This document shows positions 16,695-26,695 of a stretch of 42,721 nt of DNA, one piece after another. Every line of letters begins with the position of its first letter. Within the stretch, counting starts at the first letter, position 1. Source of the DNA: Candidatus Vogelbacteria bacterium (lineage in GTDB: Bacteria > Patescibacteriota > Minisyncoccia > Phycocordibacterales > XYD1-FULL-46-19). The notes below the pieces were generated by a model. The model did no database searches. It had not been told where the DNA came from and saw only the letters and a list, made by a program, of their open reading frames with translations. Position numbers and translations under genes: made by a program. The stretch covers positions 1 through 42,721 of the forward strand of contig CAIPHT010000004.1 of the NCBI GenBank assembly GCA_903864935.1, in the 5' to 3' direction.

Positions 16695-17162
16695 TTAAGC
16701 TTTAACTTTAGTCTTGGTCGAAGTTTTTGCTTTAGCTTTTGTTGCTGGCTTGGTCGCTTTTTCAGAACACTTCGGACAACGGCAGCCGTGCGGTTTGATA
16801 TACTCGTTGAAGTATTCTTTGCCATAGTCGTAGAGAACTTCTTCACCCTTTTTTATCTTGCGCAGTGACATAATAAAGACTTGGCCTTTAATAATCTCGG
16901 CTTCAGCATTGGGCCGGCACGAGTGATTGAAGTAACGGGCCTTATTCTCTCGGATGGAGCCATCAATCGTTTTCTTTGAATTTATCTCGAAGAGATACTT
17001 ACTATTAATAGTATATTCTTCTTCAGGCGAGATGGTGCGACCGAAGTACTCCATCAGGCAGGCGCCCTTAGGGATATCTTCGCCGGCAAAAATGCCGAGA
17101 CCAGCAATTGAACGTTTCACTAATAATTTATAATCACCGGGTGTATATTTTGTTTTTTTCAT
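16695..17162 (-). CDS. SET-domain protein-lysine methyltransferase
   Basis: GLGIFA, ARYFNHSCRPNA, IKKGEEVLYDY, post-SET CRCPKC, Lys/Thr/Ala-rich tail. Confidence 0.93.
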   Translation of the reverse strand: MKKTKYTPGDYKLLVKRSIAGLGIFAGEDIPKGACLMEYFGRTISPEEEYTINSKYLFEINSKKTIDGSIRENKARYFNHSCRPNAEAEIIKGQVFIMSLRKIKKGEEVLYDYGKEYFNEYIKPHGCRCPKCSEKATKPATKAKAKTSTKTKVKA

Positions 17163-17207
17163 ACCAAGGCATTATACCTTAAGCGCTTTTATTGGTAAAA
17201 TAGGGGA

Positions 17208-17828
17208 ATGAAGAAGGAGACTTTTGGCTTAACCAAAACGGAGTTAAAAATTTTAAAAAAGCTCTCGACCCCGATTAAAATTCAGGATTGGCTTGACGCC
17301 GTGCCTCTTAATCATGAGAGGGACGGTGAGACTTATATGTCCCCGCGCAAAGCTCTTCGCGAGAACAAAATGCATTGCTTGGAGGGGGCCCTTGTCGCGG
17401 CGCTGTGCCTTGCTCTCCAAGGCGAAGAGCCACTCCTTCTCGATCTTAAGGCGCCCAAAGATGTTGACCATGTTGTGGCTCTATATAAGAAGAACGGTTA
17501 TTGGGGGGCGATTAGTAAGACTAACCACGCGGCGCTCCGCTTCCGTGACCCGGTTTATAAAACGATTCGCGAATTGGCCGTGTCATACTTTAATGAATAT
17601 TTTGATAATGGCACAAAGAAAAAAACTTTGCGGAGTTATGCTGGCCCATTTAATCTTAAGAAATTGGGGACAGATTGGGTCACGACTGAAGAAGACCTCT
17701 TCTCTTTACCTTTTGTTCTCGATGCTTTGCCTCACAAGCAAATTTTCCCTAAAGCGAATGAGAAATTTATCCGTCCGGCCGACAAGATGGAGCTAAAGGC
17801 GGGGAGCATTGTCGAGTGGCCGAGTTAA
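17208..17828 (+). CDS. Conserved hypothetical protein, possibly transglutaminase/NAT-like fold
   Basis: SPR...HCLEGAL, DHVVALY, WGAISKTNH...RDPVY motifs. The fold assignment is tentative. Confidence 0.65.
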   Translation: MKKETFGLTKTELKILKKLSTPIKIQDWLDAVPLNHERDGETYMSPRKALRENKMHCLEGALVAALCLALQGEEPLLLDLKAPKDVDHVVALYKKNGYWGAISKTNHAALRFRDPVYKTIRELAVSYFNEYFDNGTKKKTLRSYAGPFNLKKLGTDWVTTEEDLFSLPFVLDALPHKQIFPKANEKFIRPADKMELKAGSIVEWPS

Positions 17829-17851
17829 TCTTTTGTGCTATACTGGCGCTC

Positions 17852-18712
17852 ATGAACAGGCTTCAAATTTTTCTCTTGGTCTCTCTAATTCTCGTTGTTG
17901 TTTTATTGGTGGGCGGGGGATTAGGTGGCTATTATACCTGGTCTCTTCATCAGAAAAATTTGTCACTTGAAGCGAAGAACAAAGAATTACAAACGTTGGT
18001 GACGACGACAAGTGGTGATTTGGCTAGCACCACGGCTCGACTTCAAGAAGAGGCGGCTAAAACCAACGAACTTTTTAGTCAGGTGAGCACGATTGCCTCG
18101 ACTGTTGGCACGCTTGATAAATTAAGTAAAACAGACAAAGAGTTATTAAAAAAATATTCTAAAATTTATTTTCTCAACGAGAATTATATTCCCGCGCGCT
18201 TAGCGACCATTACGCCTGCCTTTCTTTATAATCCTAAAGCCCCTTTCCTTATCCATGCTTCGGTCTGGCCCTATCTTGAGCGAATGATCGTTGCGGCCTC
18301 TTCCTCTGGCATTAATTTGCAAATCAATTCGGCTTACCGCTCTTTTGGTACGCAAGCGGCGCTTAAGAGCAATTATAAAGTGGTCTTTGGCTCGGGGGCT
18401 AATAAGTTCTCGGCCGATCAGGGCTACTCTGAGCATCAACTTGGCACCACTGTCGATATCACTACACCGAGCGTCGCCCCGACTTCGCTTAATTTTGCCA
18501 AGACGCCGGCCTATGACTGGTTACTTAAGAATGCTTATAGTTATGGCTTTATCTTGTCTTATCCTAAAGAGAATACCTACTATCAGTATGAGCCATGGCA
18601 CTGGCGCTTTGTCGGTGTGGCGCTCGCGACCAAGCTCCACGAAGAAAATAAATTCTTCTATAATTACCCACAGAGATTGATAGATACTTACTTGGTAAAT
18701 ATCTTCGACTAA
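17852..18712 (+). CDS. D-Ala-D-Ala carboxypeptidase, M15B/VanY family
   Basis: SAYRS, SEHQLGTTVD (SxHxxGxxxD), YEPWHWRF; N-terminal TM and coiled coil. Confidence 0.92.
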   Translation: MNRLQIFLLVSLILVVVLLVGGGLGGYYTWSLHQKNLSLEAKNKELQTLVTTTSGDLASTTARLQEEAAKTNELFSQVSTIASTVGTLDKLSKTDKELLKKYSKIYFLNENYIPARLATITPAFLYNPKAPFLIHASVWPYLERMIVAASSSGINLQINSAYRSFGTQAALKSNYKVVFGSGANKFSADQGYSEHQLGTTVDITTPSVAPTSLNFAKTPAYDWLLKNAYSYGFILSYPKENTYYQYEPWHWRFVGVALATKLHEENKFFYNYPQRLIDTYLVNIFD

Positions 18713-18721
18713 ACTATCAAG

Positions 18722-19690
18722 TTAAACTTTCTTCTCCTCGGCAATTTGATTGAGGATTTTTTTAAGTGGTTCGAGGCTCTCGTCGTCAATTACGGAGATA
18801 GCAAAAACTTCGGGGTTGAGTTTCTTGGCTTTGGTTAAGAGTTTCTTTAATTCTTTTTCTTCTACCATATCGCTCTTGGAGATAATTAGGTATTCTTTTT
18901 TCTTAGCGAGCTCGGGGTTATGAGCAGAGAGCTCGGCGCGAATAGTTTTGTAATCAGCCTCAATATCAGTGCTGTCGGCCGCGATGAAGTGGAAAATAAT
19001 TTTGGTGCGCTCAATATGGCGCAAGAATTTATGACCCAAGCCCTTACCCTCGGAGGCGCCTTCAATCAAGCCGGGGATATCAGCGAGCACGAGATCATAA
19101 TAAGCGCCGAGATTTGGCTCGAGGGTGGTGAAGGGGTAATTGGCCACCTTGCTCTTGGCATTAGTGAGCATGTTTAAAAGAGTAGATTTCCCTACATTAG
19201 GCAAACCAACGAAACCAACGTCGGCAATCATCTTAAGCTCTAAGAGGACGTCGCATTCTTCGCCGGGGAGTCCGGGTTGGAACTCTTGGGGCGTGGTATT
19301 CTCGGCCGAGCGGAACTTGAAGTTACCTTTGCCCCCATAGCCACCCTTGGCCACCAAAATTTTCTCACCAATGGAGAGCATCTCACGGTCCTTGCCGGTT
19401 GTGAGATTGTGGATAACGGTGCCCACTGGGATACGGAAGATGAGGTCCTCGCCATCAGGGCCGTCAACAAAATTGCCATGCCCACGACCACCGTCAGGGG
19501 CAATGAGATCCTTCTGGTAGCGGAATTGAGCTAGGGCTCCCAGGTCGGAGACCCCCTCGAAGATAACGCTTGCGCCCTTGCCACCGTTACCGCCATCTGG
19601 GCCCTGAGCCATCTTTAATTTTTTGAAGGCGACAGCGCCACGGCCCCCGTGGCCAGCCGCTACCTTTACTTGGACTTCGTCTAATAACAT
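18722..19690 (-). CDS. obgE: GTPase ObgE/CgtA
   Basis: Gly-rich Obg fold (GPDGGNGGKG), GLPNVGKST, YPFTT, DIPGLIEGASEGKGLGHKFLRHIER. Confidence 0.96.
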   Translation of the reverse strand: MLLDEVQVKVAAGHGGRGAVAFKKLKMAQGPDGGNGGKGASVIFEGVSDLGALAQFRYQKDLIAPDGGRGHGNFVDGPDGEDLIFRIPVGTVIHNLTTGKDREMLSIGEKILVAKGGYGGKGNFKFRSAENTTPQEFQPGLPGEECDVLLELKMIADVGFVGLPNVGKSTLLNMLTNAKSKVANYPFTTLEPNLGAYYDLVLADIPGLIEGASEGKGLGHKFLRHIERTKIIFHFIAADSTDIEADYKTIRAELSAHNPELAKKKEYLIISKSDMVEEKELKKLLTKAKKLNPEVFAISVIDDESLEPLKKILNQIAEEKKV

Positions 19691-19739
19691 AGTGTAGTGA
19701 GTATAGCACCTTTTTGGTCTTTTTGTTATAATTTGACTA

Positions 19740-20777
19740 ATGACCAACACTAAGCCTCGTCTCTACTTCCTATTGTTCTTATTGCTGGCTACCTCAGTTG
19801 TCGCTTATTTAATCCTTAAGCCGTTCTTGTCGGCCTTGGTTTTGGGTGCCGTTTTTGCCATTGTTTGTCAGCCTCTCTATCGCGCGCTTCTTCGCACCTA
19901 CAAACAGCAGGCGAGTCTGGCGGCGATAACGACCCTTCTCTTTGTTTTTATCTTTATTTTTGTTCCGCTCTTCTTAATTAGTTGGCAAGTTTTCGGCGAG
20001 GGGCAACAACTCTACGCTTCAATCTCAGGCAACTTCGATAATGCGAGCTTGGTATCTTGGGCCAATCTTTTGGGTGAGAGGCTTAAGAGTTTGTCTCCCG
20101 TTTTTGCCAGTTTCTCTTTTGATCTCAGTCTCTATCTTAAGAATGGTTTAGATTTCTTATTAAATAATTTTGGTTCAATCTTCCTCAACTTGGCGAGACT
20201 TATGACCGAGCTTCTCGTCTTCTTGTTTGCCTTTTATTATTTTCTAAGAGATGGCGCCAAAATAAAAAAGGCCATAGTGAGAATTAGTCCGCTTACTGAA
20301 GAGGATGACGAAATCATTATTAAGAAGATTATTCTTGCCGTGAACTCAGTGCTTAAGGGGAGCCTGCTTCTGGCTATTATCCAGGGGGCCCTTATTGCGG
20401 TTGGACTCTTTATCTTTGGAGTGCCGAGCCCTGTTCTCTGGGGATCGGTGGCCGCTATTGGTACGCTTATTCCTTTTGTCGGGACCACTTTGGTTGTGGT
20501 GCCGGCTACTCTTTATCTCTACTTCAATGGCCAGACCTTGGCGGCGCTCGGGATCTTGCTTTGGGGTTTAGTTTTCGTGGGGGCTACCGAGCACTTGCTC
20601 CGTCCACCGCTTGTCGGGCGAGGGATGAGCTTGCATCCACTACTCGTCTTGTTATCTGTCCTCGGGGGTCTATCTCTCTTTGGCCCCGTCGGCTTCATCC
20701 TCGGGCCACTTGTAGCCACCCTTCTTATGGTCCTACTAGATATCTGCTCAACTTTTGTCACCAAGGGCTCAGCCTAG
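19740..20777 (+). CDS. AI-2E family transporter
   Basis: Multi-TM; YFLRDG, IPFVGT, LRPPLVG..MSLHPL, GPVGFILGP. Confidence 0.92.
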   Translation: MTNTKPRLYFLLFLLLATSVVAYLILKPFLSALVLGAVFAIVCQPLYRALLRTYKQQASLAAITTLLFVFIFIFVPLFLISWQVFGEGQQLYASISGNFDNASLVSWANLLGERLKSLSPVFASFSFDLSLYLKNGLDFLLNNFGSIFLNLARLMTELLVFLFAFYYFLRDGAKIKKAIVRISPLTEEDDEIIIKKIILAVNSVLKGSLLLAIIQGALIAVGLFIFGVPSPVLWGSVAAIGTLIPFVGTTLVVVPATLYLYFNGQTLAALGILLWGLVFVGATEHLLRPPLVGRGMSLHPLLVLLSVLGGLSLFGPVGFILGPLVATLLMVLLDICSTFVTKGSA

Positions 20778-20872
20778 TTTTTTACTTGACACGAAGTCTA
20801 AATAGGAGTCTAATTAAATTCAGACATATGAGGGCCTGATGGTCAGGTTCTCGAAATTTGGAGGGTTGGGAA

Positions 20873-21055
20873 ATGGTTGGTTTGTTTGGGGGCGTTGACC
20901 CCATGACTTCGGAGGAGGAGAGACAGGAACTCCGCACCTGTCGGAGGACTCTCAACTTCGTCGAATATCTGGGGCTGAGCCCCCGGCTGATCAAAGTTTT
21001 TCTTCCTATCCTAGTTCCCGTCTCTTTTCTCCGCTGGCCTCGGTTTGGCGGATGA
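20873..21055 (+). CDS. Small orphan protein
   Basis: TTGACA at 20786, leader hairpin 20830-20852, SD GGAGGG, hairpin at 21106-21132. Confidence 0.5.
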   Translation: MVGLFGGVDPMTSEEERQELRTCRRTLNFVEYLGLSPRLIKVFLPILVPVSFLRWPRFGG

Positions 21056-21161
21056 ATGAAGACAGGCGAGGGAACATAAGGAAGCGAAGCGTGCCCTTAT
21101 CCATGCCCCCGCGACCGCTTTGGCCGCGGGGGATTTCTGCCTGTGCTATAATGGGTCAATT

Positions 21162-21707
21162 ATGGCCGAGTCTGAGGAAAAAGAGCTTATAATTGAAGAC
21201 ATTGTGCGAGATTATTTGGGGCTGGTCTACAGCTTCATCTTTCGTTTGACCGGGGCAGGGGAGGAGACGAGCGATATCACTCAAGAAGTCTTCGTGAAGG
21301 CGTGGAAGAACCTTGATAAATATAATCCTAAACAGAATTTCAAAACTTGGCTCCTGGCGATTGCCCGCAACACTGCCATTGATTGGTTACGCAAAAAACG
21401 GCCGATTGTTTTTTCTAAATTAGATCGTGAGGGCGAAGAGGGCGAGAGGCAAGATTTTGTCGACACCCTGGTTGATGCCGAGGTTCTTCAAGATGAACTC
21501 TTCGCGCAAAAGGAGTTAAAAGAAGAATTAGACAAACTCATTGACATCCTCCCTTTATTAAAGCGAGAGGTTCTTCTTCTTCGCCTAGAAGACGAACTCA
21601 CTTTTGAGGAAATCTCTAAACTTGTCGGGCGACCCCTAAATACGGTGAAGAGCCAATATCGCCGAGCCTTAATGCAACTAAAGAGCCTTCACCCTCGTAT
21701 TCAATAG
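21162..21707 (+). CDS. ECF RNA polymerase sigma factor
   Basis: DITQEVFVKAW, FKTWLLAIARNTAIDWLRK, region 4 LTFEEIS...NTVKSQYRRA. Confidence 0.95.
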   Translation: MAESEEKELIIEDIVRDYLGLVYSFIFRLTGAGEETSDITQEVFVKAWKNLDKYNPKQNFKTWLLAIARNTAIDWLRKKRPIVFSKLDREGEEGERQDFVDTLVDAEVLQDELFAQKELKEELDKLIDILPLLKREVLLLRLEDELTFEEISKLVGRPLNTVKSQYRRALMQLKSLHPRIQ

Positions 21708-21710
21708 CGT

Positions 21711-22091
21711 ATGACGAAATTTATCGAATCAATTAACCTGCCGGCTGGTTTGGAGTCTCGGGTTTTGGCCCGTCTTAATGAAGAGCAGCAACGGGCAGCC
21801 AAGTTTCGTTTGTTTGTTTTTGCCTTGCTGGACGCTTTATCTCTCTTGGGCCTGGTTGCCAGTCTCGTCTATCTTGCTCGAGTTTTTGCCGAGTCGGGCT
21901 TTTCTCAATACTTGTCACTTCTTTTTTCTGATGGGGGAAGTCTTTTGTCTTACTGGCGAGAACTGGTCTTGTCTTTGGCGGAGTCGTTGCCGGCGCTTGG
22001 TTTACTAGCCTTTCTTTTTGTTACCTTGATTTTAATCTGGTCTATGGCTAAAACTATTATTAATGTGCGTGTGTTAACAATGTCTATATGA
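21711..22091 (+). CDS. Membrane protein, putative anti-sigma factor
   Basis: Directly after the ECF sigma; PAGLESRVLARL cytoplasmic helix followed by TMs. Confidence 0.65.
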   Translation: MTKFIESINLPAGLESRVLARLNEEQQRAAKFRLFVFALLDALSLLGLVASLVYLARVFAESGFSQYLSLLFSDGGSLLSYWRELVLSLAESLPALGLLAFLFVTLILIWSMAKTIINVRVLTMSI

Positions 22092-22576
22092 TAAAAATAA
22101 AAAACATTTGGCAGTCCAAATTTTTTAGAGGAGCAACTTCTTCTCTCCTTGTTCTTATTATCCTCCTCTGCGTCTTTCAAGCGGGACGTTTTGTTGGTTT
22201 TCACCAGGCAAGTTTCTCTTATCGTCTGGGTGATAATTATTACCGTGCTTTTGAAGGTGGGCCTTTGAGTGGAGGAATGATGAGGGGCAATCCATTTGGT
22301 GATTTACCTGGAGGTCATGGGGCTGCGGGCAAAATTATAAAGGTTAGTCTGCCGACCATTGTCATTTCGACGCCAGATAATTTAGAAAAAACAATTTTGA
22401 TTAATGACAAGACTCTCGTCCGCCACTTTCGAGGCAACGCCTCCTCATCTCTCCTTAAGGTTGGAGACATGGTGGTAATTATTGGCGAACCTAATCAGGA
22501 TTCAGCGATTGAGGCGAAGTTGATTCGTCTTTTGCCTCCACCACCATTAACAGCCTCAAGTTCTAATCCTTACTAA
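22088..22576 (+). CDS. Membrane-anchored protein with OB-like (DUF5666-like) domain
   Basis: TM, Gly-rich linker, LKVGDMVVIIG...IEAKLIR. Confidence 0.7.
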   Translation: MIKIKNIWQSKFFRGATSSLLVLIILLCVFQAGRFVGFHQASFSYRLGDNYYRAFEGGPLSGGMMRGNPFGDLPGGHGAAGKIIKVSLPTIVISTPDNLEKTILINDKTLVRHFRGNASSSLLKVGDMVVIIGEPNQDSAIEAKLIRLLPPPPLTASSSNPY

Positions 22577-22582
22577 AAAATT

Positions 22583-24136
22583 ATGAAAAACCTTGTCCTT
22601 AGACACAAAATAATTAGCGCCATCATTGTCCTTGTCTTGATTTTTGTCGGTTATAAAATTTACGCTTCTCTCACTAACACGAGTGGCCAAACTCATTATG
22701 TCATCGCGGCCGTAGAGAAGGGGACAATTATTAAGAATGTTTCTGGTACAGGACAAGTCTCGGCTAATAGCCAGGTGGAGCTTAAACCTAAGGCCTCTGG
22801 TGAGATTATTTATCTTGGGGCAAAGACTGGTGACTATGTTAATGCGGGGCAACTTATTATGCAAATTGATTCGCGCAATGCTGTGGTTGATTTGCAAAAT
22901 GCTAAACTTAATTTACAAAAAATGATTGAGGGTCAGGGGAGCGGTCTTGGTGGAAGCGGTGGTTTGGCCAAGGATTATGAAGATGCCTTTAGTCATATTG
23001 ATGCCACTTTCTCTGATCTCACCACTATTATGCCGGGCTTTGATTCGATCATCAATAATTATCAAGCCTCGCCTTATAAGATGAATTTGCCCGATGATCT
23101 GGCCAGAAGTTACTACAGCAAAACGTCCAAGAGTTATTATCTCGCTAAGACTGCCTATGATAAAACTTTAGCTGAATATAAGGGGATCAATCGACCTCTC
23201 TCTAACAATCAAGTTATCACGATTGTTAATGATACTTACACAATGTTGCAACTCGCCAATCAGCTGGCCAAGGATGCTAGTGTCTATCTTGCCTATACCT
23301 ATGATCAGCTCCAGGGGACGGCACGAAGTTCGGCTCTAATTACTGACAAGGGCAATGTTGATACCTGGTTCAAAACAATTAATAGTGATCTCTCCACGAT
23401 TGGTGCTGATCACAACACGCTTAAGAACTCGGCCCTAGACATTGAGTCCCAGAGACTTGCGGTGGAGCAGAAGGAGTATGCTTATCAGGATTATTTTCTC
23501 TACGCACCCTTTAGTGGTTTAGTCCAAATTAGCGCAACCCAAAACGATACGGTTAGTAATGGTTCGAGCATTGGGACTATTGTCTCGAATAAAAAAATTG
23601 CTACTATTGCTCTCAACGAAGTGGATATTGCCAAGGTTAAGGTTGGGCAAAAGGCAACGCTCTCTTTTGACGCTATTGATGGTCTGTCTATTACTGGCCA
23701 GGTGGCCGAGACGGATATTATTGGGACGGTCTCTCAGGGAGTGGTAACTTATAATGTGAAGATTGCTTTTGACACTCAAGATAATCGAGTGCGATCGGGG
23801 ATGAGTGTGAGCGCCGATATTGCTACTGATGTGAAGCAAGATGTTACCATCGTCCCGTCTGGTGCGGTAAAGACTCAAGGTTCAAGTAATTATGTTGAAG
23901 TTGTCGCGAGTAGTACACCAGTAACAACGGGGAATCAGGGTGTAATTTTGGCTAATCCACCGCAGAGCCAAGAGGTGACCATTGGTTTATCGGATGACAC
24001 TAACACGGAGATCCTTACTGGTCTCTCTGTCGGAGACAAGATTGTTTCGCGGACTATTGCCGGGACGACGGCGGCCAAGACAACGGCTACCGCGCCAAGC
24101 CTTTTTGGTAGTGCTGGTGGCCGAGCCCCTCATTAA
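22583..24136 (+). CDS. Periplasmic adaptor/membrane fusion protein (MacA/HlyD-like)
   Basis: Lipoyl half-motifs (SGEIIYL...GDYVNAGQ; APFSG), NEVDIAKVKVGQ, RSGMSV, VPSGAV. Confidence 0.92.
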   Translation: MKNLVLRHKIISAIIVLVLIFVGYKIYASLTNTSGQTHYVIAAVEKGTIIKNVSGTGQVSANSQVELKPKASGEIIYLGAKTGDYVNAGQLIMQIDSRNAVVDLQNAKLNLQKMIEGQGSGLGGSGGLAKDYEDAFSHIDATFSDLTTIMPGFDSIINNYQASPYKMNLPDDLARSYYSKTSKSYYLAKTAYDKTLAEYKGINRPLSNNQVITIVNDTYTMLQLANQLAKDASVYLAYTYDQLQGTARSSALITDKGNVDTWFKTINSDLSTIGADHNTLKNSALDIESQRLAVEQKEYAYQDYFLYAPFSGLVQISATQNDTVSNGSSIGTIVSNKKIATIALNEVDIAKVKVGQKATLSFDAIDGLSITGQVAETDIIGTVSQGVVTYNVKIAFDTQDNRVRSGMSVSADIATDVKQDVTIVPSGAVKTQGSSNYVEVVASSTPVTTGNQGVILANPPQSQEVTIGLSDDTNTEILTGLSVGDKIVSRTIAGTTAAKTTATAPSLFGSAGGRAPH

Positions 24137-24138
24137 TT

Positions 24139-24861
24139 ATGATTGAGATTAAAGATATAATAAAAACTTATACAACTGGCGATATTAAATTTGACGCTCT
24201 TAAGGGAGTGAGCTTTAAGATTGAAGATGGCGAATTCGTTGCCATTATGGGCCCATCCGGTTCGGGTAAGTCGACCCTGATGCATATTTTGGGGGCGCTT
24301 GATACACCGACAAGTGGTAGTTATTATCTCGACGGGCAAGATGTCTCAAGTTTATCAGAAGATGCTTTGGCCGATATTCGGCGTGATCATATTGGTTTTG
24401 TCTTCCAGTCCTTCAATCTTTTGCCTCGAACCACTGTTCTTCGCAATGTTATGTTGCCTCTTGTCTACGACCAGGTTCCGAGTGAGGAACGAATTAAGCG
24501 ATCTGAAGAGGCACTAAAGGCCGCCGGTCTTGATGAGGCTCATTTTTCTCACCTCTCAAACCAGCTCTCTGGTGGTCAGATTCAACGAGTGGCCATTGCT
24601 CGTGCCTTGGTCAATAACCCATCATTAATTCTGGCTGATGAACCAACGGGCAACTTGGATACTAAGACAGGAGAGATTGTCTTGGGCACCTTCCAGCGAC
24701 TTAACGAAGAACAAGGTAAGACTATTATTCTTATCACCCATGAATTAGATGTCGCTGAGCATGCCGACCGAATAATTCTGATTCGTGACGGAGAGATGGT
24801 CTCGGATAGTAAGCAACATGAAAAGAAAATTATTAATTTAAATTCTGGCGGGAAAGCCTGA
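24139..24861 (+). CDS. ABC transporter ATP-binding subunit (MacB/LolD type)
   Basis: GPSGSGKST, LSGGQIQRVAIARAL, ILADEPTGNLD. Confidence 0.95.
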   Translation: MIEIKDIIKTYTTGDIKFDALKGVSFKIEDGEFVAIMGPSGSGKSTLMHILGALDTPTSGSYYLDGQDVSSLSEDALADIRRDHIGFVFQSFNLLPRTTVLRNVMLPLVYDQVPSEERIKRSEEALKAAGLDEAHFSHLSNQLSGGQIQRVAIARALVNNPSLILADEPTGNLDTKTGEIVLGTFQRLNEEQGKTIILITHELDVAEHADRIILIRDGEMVSDSKQHEKKIINLNSGGKA

Positions 24862-24866
24862 GTCCT

Positions 24867-26090
24867 ATGCATATATTTGATATCTTAAATGAAACATATT
24901 CAGCTCTCTCGGCCAACAAAGTTCGGTCGGGCTTAACGATGTTGGGTATTGTCATCGGCATTAGTTCGGTCATCGCAATGCTTGCCATTGGCCAAGGAGC
25001 TCAAAGTTCGATCCAGTCAAGTATCCAATCGATTGGTTCTAACCTGGTGCTTGTTACACCGGGTGTGCAGCGAGGCCCGGGCGCTTTTGTCTCGGCGGGG
25101 CGAGGTTCGGCTAAGTCTCTGACTATTGCTGACTCAGATGCGATTAAAGCGCAAATTTCTTCGATCAAAAATATGGCGCCCGAAGTCTCTGGTCGTTATC
25201 AAGTTACGGCCCGGGGTCAGAATACTAACACTCAAGTTGTGGGGACTATACCTGATTACCAAAATGTGCGCAATGTTCAAGTGGCCGAAGGATCTTTTGT
25301 CTCAACCCAGAATGTTCAAGGGGGGAGCAAGGTGGCCGTGCTTGGACCAACGACGAGGGACGACTTGTTTGGTGTTGGGGCCGAGGCAATTGGTCAGACG
25401 ATTCGAATTAAACAAGTTGACTTCAAGGTGGTGGGCGTCACGGTTGCTAAGGGCGGCTCAGGTTTTGGGAGTCAGGATGATATGATCTTTATCCCGATCT
25501 CGGCCGCGCAAAGATATTTATCGGGTGATCAATATGTCACAACTATTAGTGTCTCGGCCCAAGATGCTAATTCTACAACTCAAGTGCAACAAGATATTAC
25601 GAGCCTGTTGCTAGATCGGCACCACATTAAGGATCCCAATTCGCCTGACTTTAGTACTCTTAATCAGGCAGACATTGCTTCAGCGGCTTCGAGCATTACG
25701 CAAATTTTTACCATCTTACTTGGTTCGGTCGCGGGGATCTCGCTCGTGGTTGGCGGTATTGGTATTATGAATATGATGTTGACGACGGTTACTGAGCGAA
25801 CTCGTGAGATTGGTTTGAGAAAGGCGATTGGAGCCAAACGTCGCGACATCAGTTTACAATTTCTAATGGAGGCGATTGCCCTAACTTTCTTTGGTGGTTT
25901 CTTGGGGGTGATCTTGGGGTGGCTGGTCTCCTTCGTTATTACTTATTTTGGGATTTTGCAAACGCAAGTTTCTTTGTTCTCAGTGGTCTTAGCTTTTGGT
26001 GTTTCGGCAGCGATTGGTATTATCTTTGGTTATTATCCGGCTCGTCGCGCTGCCGCCCTTAATCCAATTGATGCCTTGAGATATGAGTAG
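24867..26090 (+). CDS. ABC permease (MacB/FtsX type)
   Basis: RSGLTMLGIVIG, VGGIGIMNMML..VTERTREIGLRKAIGA, PIDALRYE. Confidence 0.95.
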   Translation: MHIFDILNETYSALSANKVRSGLTMLGIVIGISSVIAMLAIGQGAQSSIQSSIQSIGSNLVLVTPGVQRGPGAFVSAGRGSAKSLTIADSDAIKAQISSIKNMAPEVSGRYQVTARGQNTNTQVVGTIPDYQNVRNVQVAEGSFVSTQNVQGGSKVAVLGPTTRDDLFGVGAEAIGQTIRIKQVDFKVVGVTVAKGGSGFGSQDDMIFIPISAAQRYLSGDQYVTTISVSAQDANSTTQVQQDITSLLLDRHHIKDPNSPDFSTLNQADIASAASSITQIFTILLGSVAGISLVVGGIGIMNMMLTTVTERTREIGLRKAIGAKRRDISLQFLMEAIALTFFGGFLGVILGWLVSFVITYFGILQTQVSLFSVVLAFGVSAAIGIIFGYYPARRAAALNPIDALRYE

Positions 26091-26105
26091 CCCTCTTTCT
26101 TTCCT

Positions 26106-26144
26106 GAGGTCGGGCCTTGAGAGGCCGCCCAAAGACCCGACCTC
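26106..26144. repeat. Dispersed hairpin repeat, copy 1
   Basis: gaggtcggg-CCTTGAGAGGCcGCCCAAAG-acccgacctc; core shared with 26817-26855. Confidence 0.75.
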
Positions 26145-26197
26145 TATTTTTGAGATTCTTTAGAATTATTATTAAATTAGCAGTTAAAAAAATAAAC

Positions 26198-26614
26198 ATG
26201 AACAACACAACAAAAATAATCATTGGCGCTGTTCTCATTATTATTATCGCTGGCTTTGGTGGCTACAGGTATGGACAAAGTAGTGTGGCTGGTGGCCGAC
26301 AGAATTTTGGGGCCAGTGGTCCTCAAGGTAATTTTGCTCGCCGTGGTGTAAGCGGCGCGGGGGTTGGTATGGTCGCGGGGAATATTATTAAAAAAGACAG
26401 CCAAAGTTTAACCATTGAGCTTCGCACTGGGGGGTCAAAAATTATTTGGTTTGCCTCTTCGACCGAGATTAGCAAAATGGCCGCCGGGAGCTCAGCTGAC
26501 TTAAGTATTGGCCAGACAGTAACAGTGAACGGAGCAACAAATGCCGACGGTAGCGTTGTCGCTAAGACTATCCAGCTTCGCCCCGTGGGTGCTCGACCAG
26601 CTCCGATGAACTAG
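26198..26614 (+). CDS. Membrane-anchored DUF5666-like protein
   Basis: TM, Gly-rich linker, DLSIGQTVTVNG..NADGSVVAKTIQ. Confidence 0.75.
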   Translation: MNNTTKIIIGAVLIIIIAGFGGYRYGQSSVAGGRQNFGASGPQGNFARRGVSGAGVGMVAGNIIKKDSQSLTIELRTGGSKIIWFASSTEISKMAAGSSADLSIGQTVTVNGATNADGSVVAKTIQLRPVGARPAPMN

Positions 26615-26695
26615 TGGGCGTGCACTTCGTAGCCAAAGGCTACGAAGTGGATAACTTTTGTTGACAGTTAAATCAAAGTCTGATAAACTCTTAGG

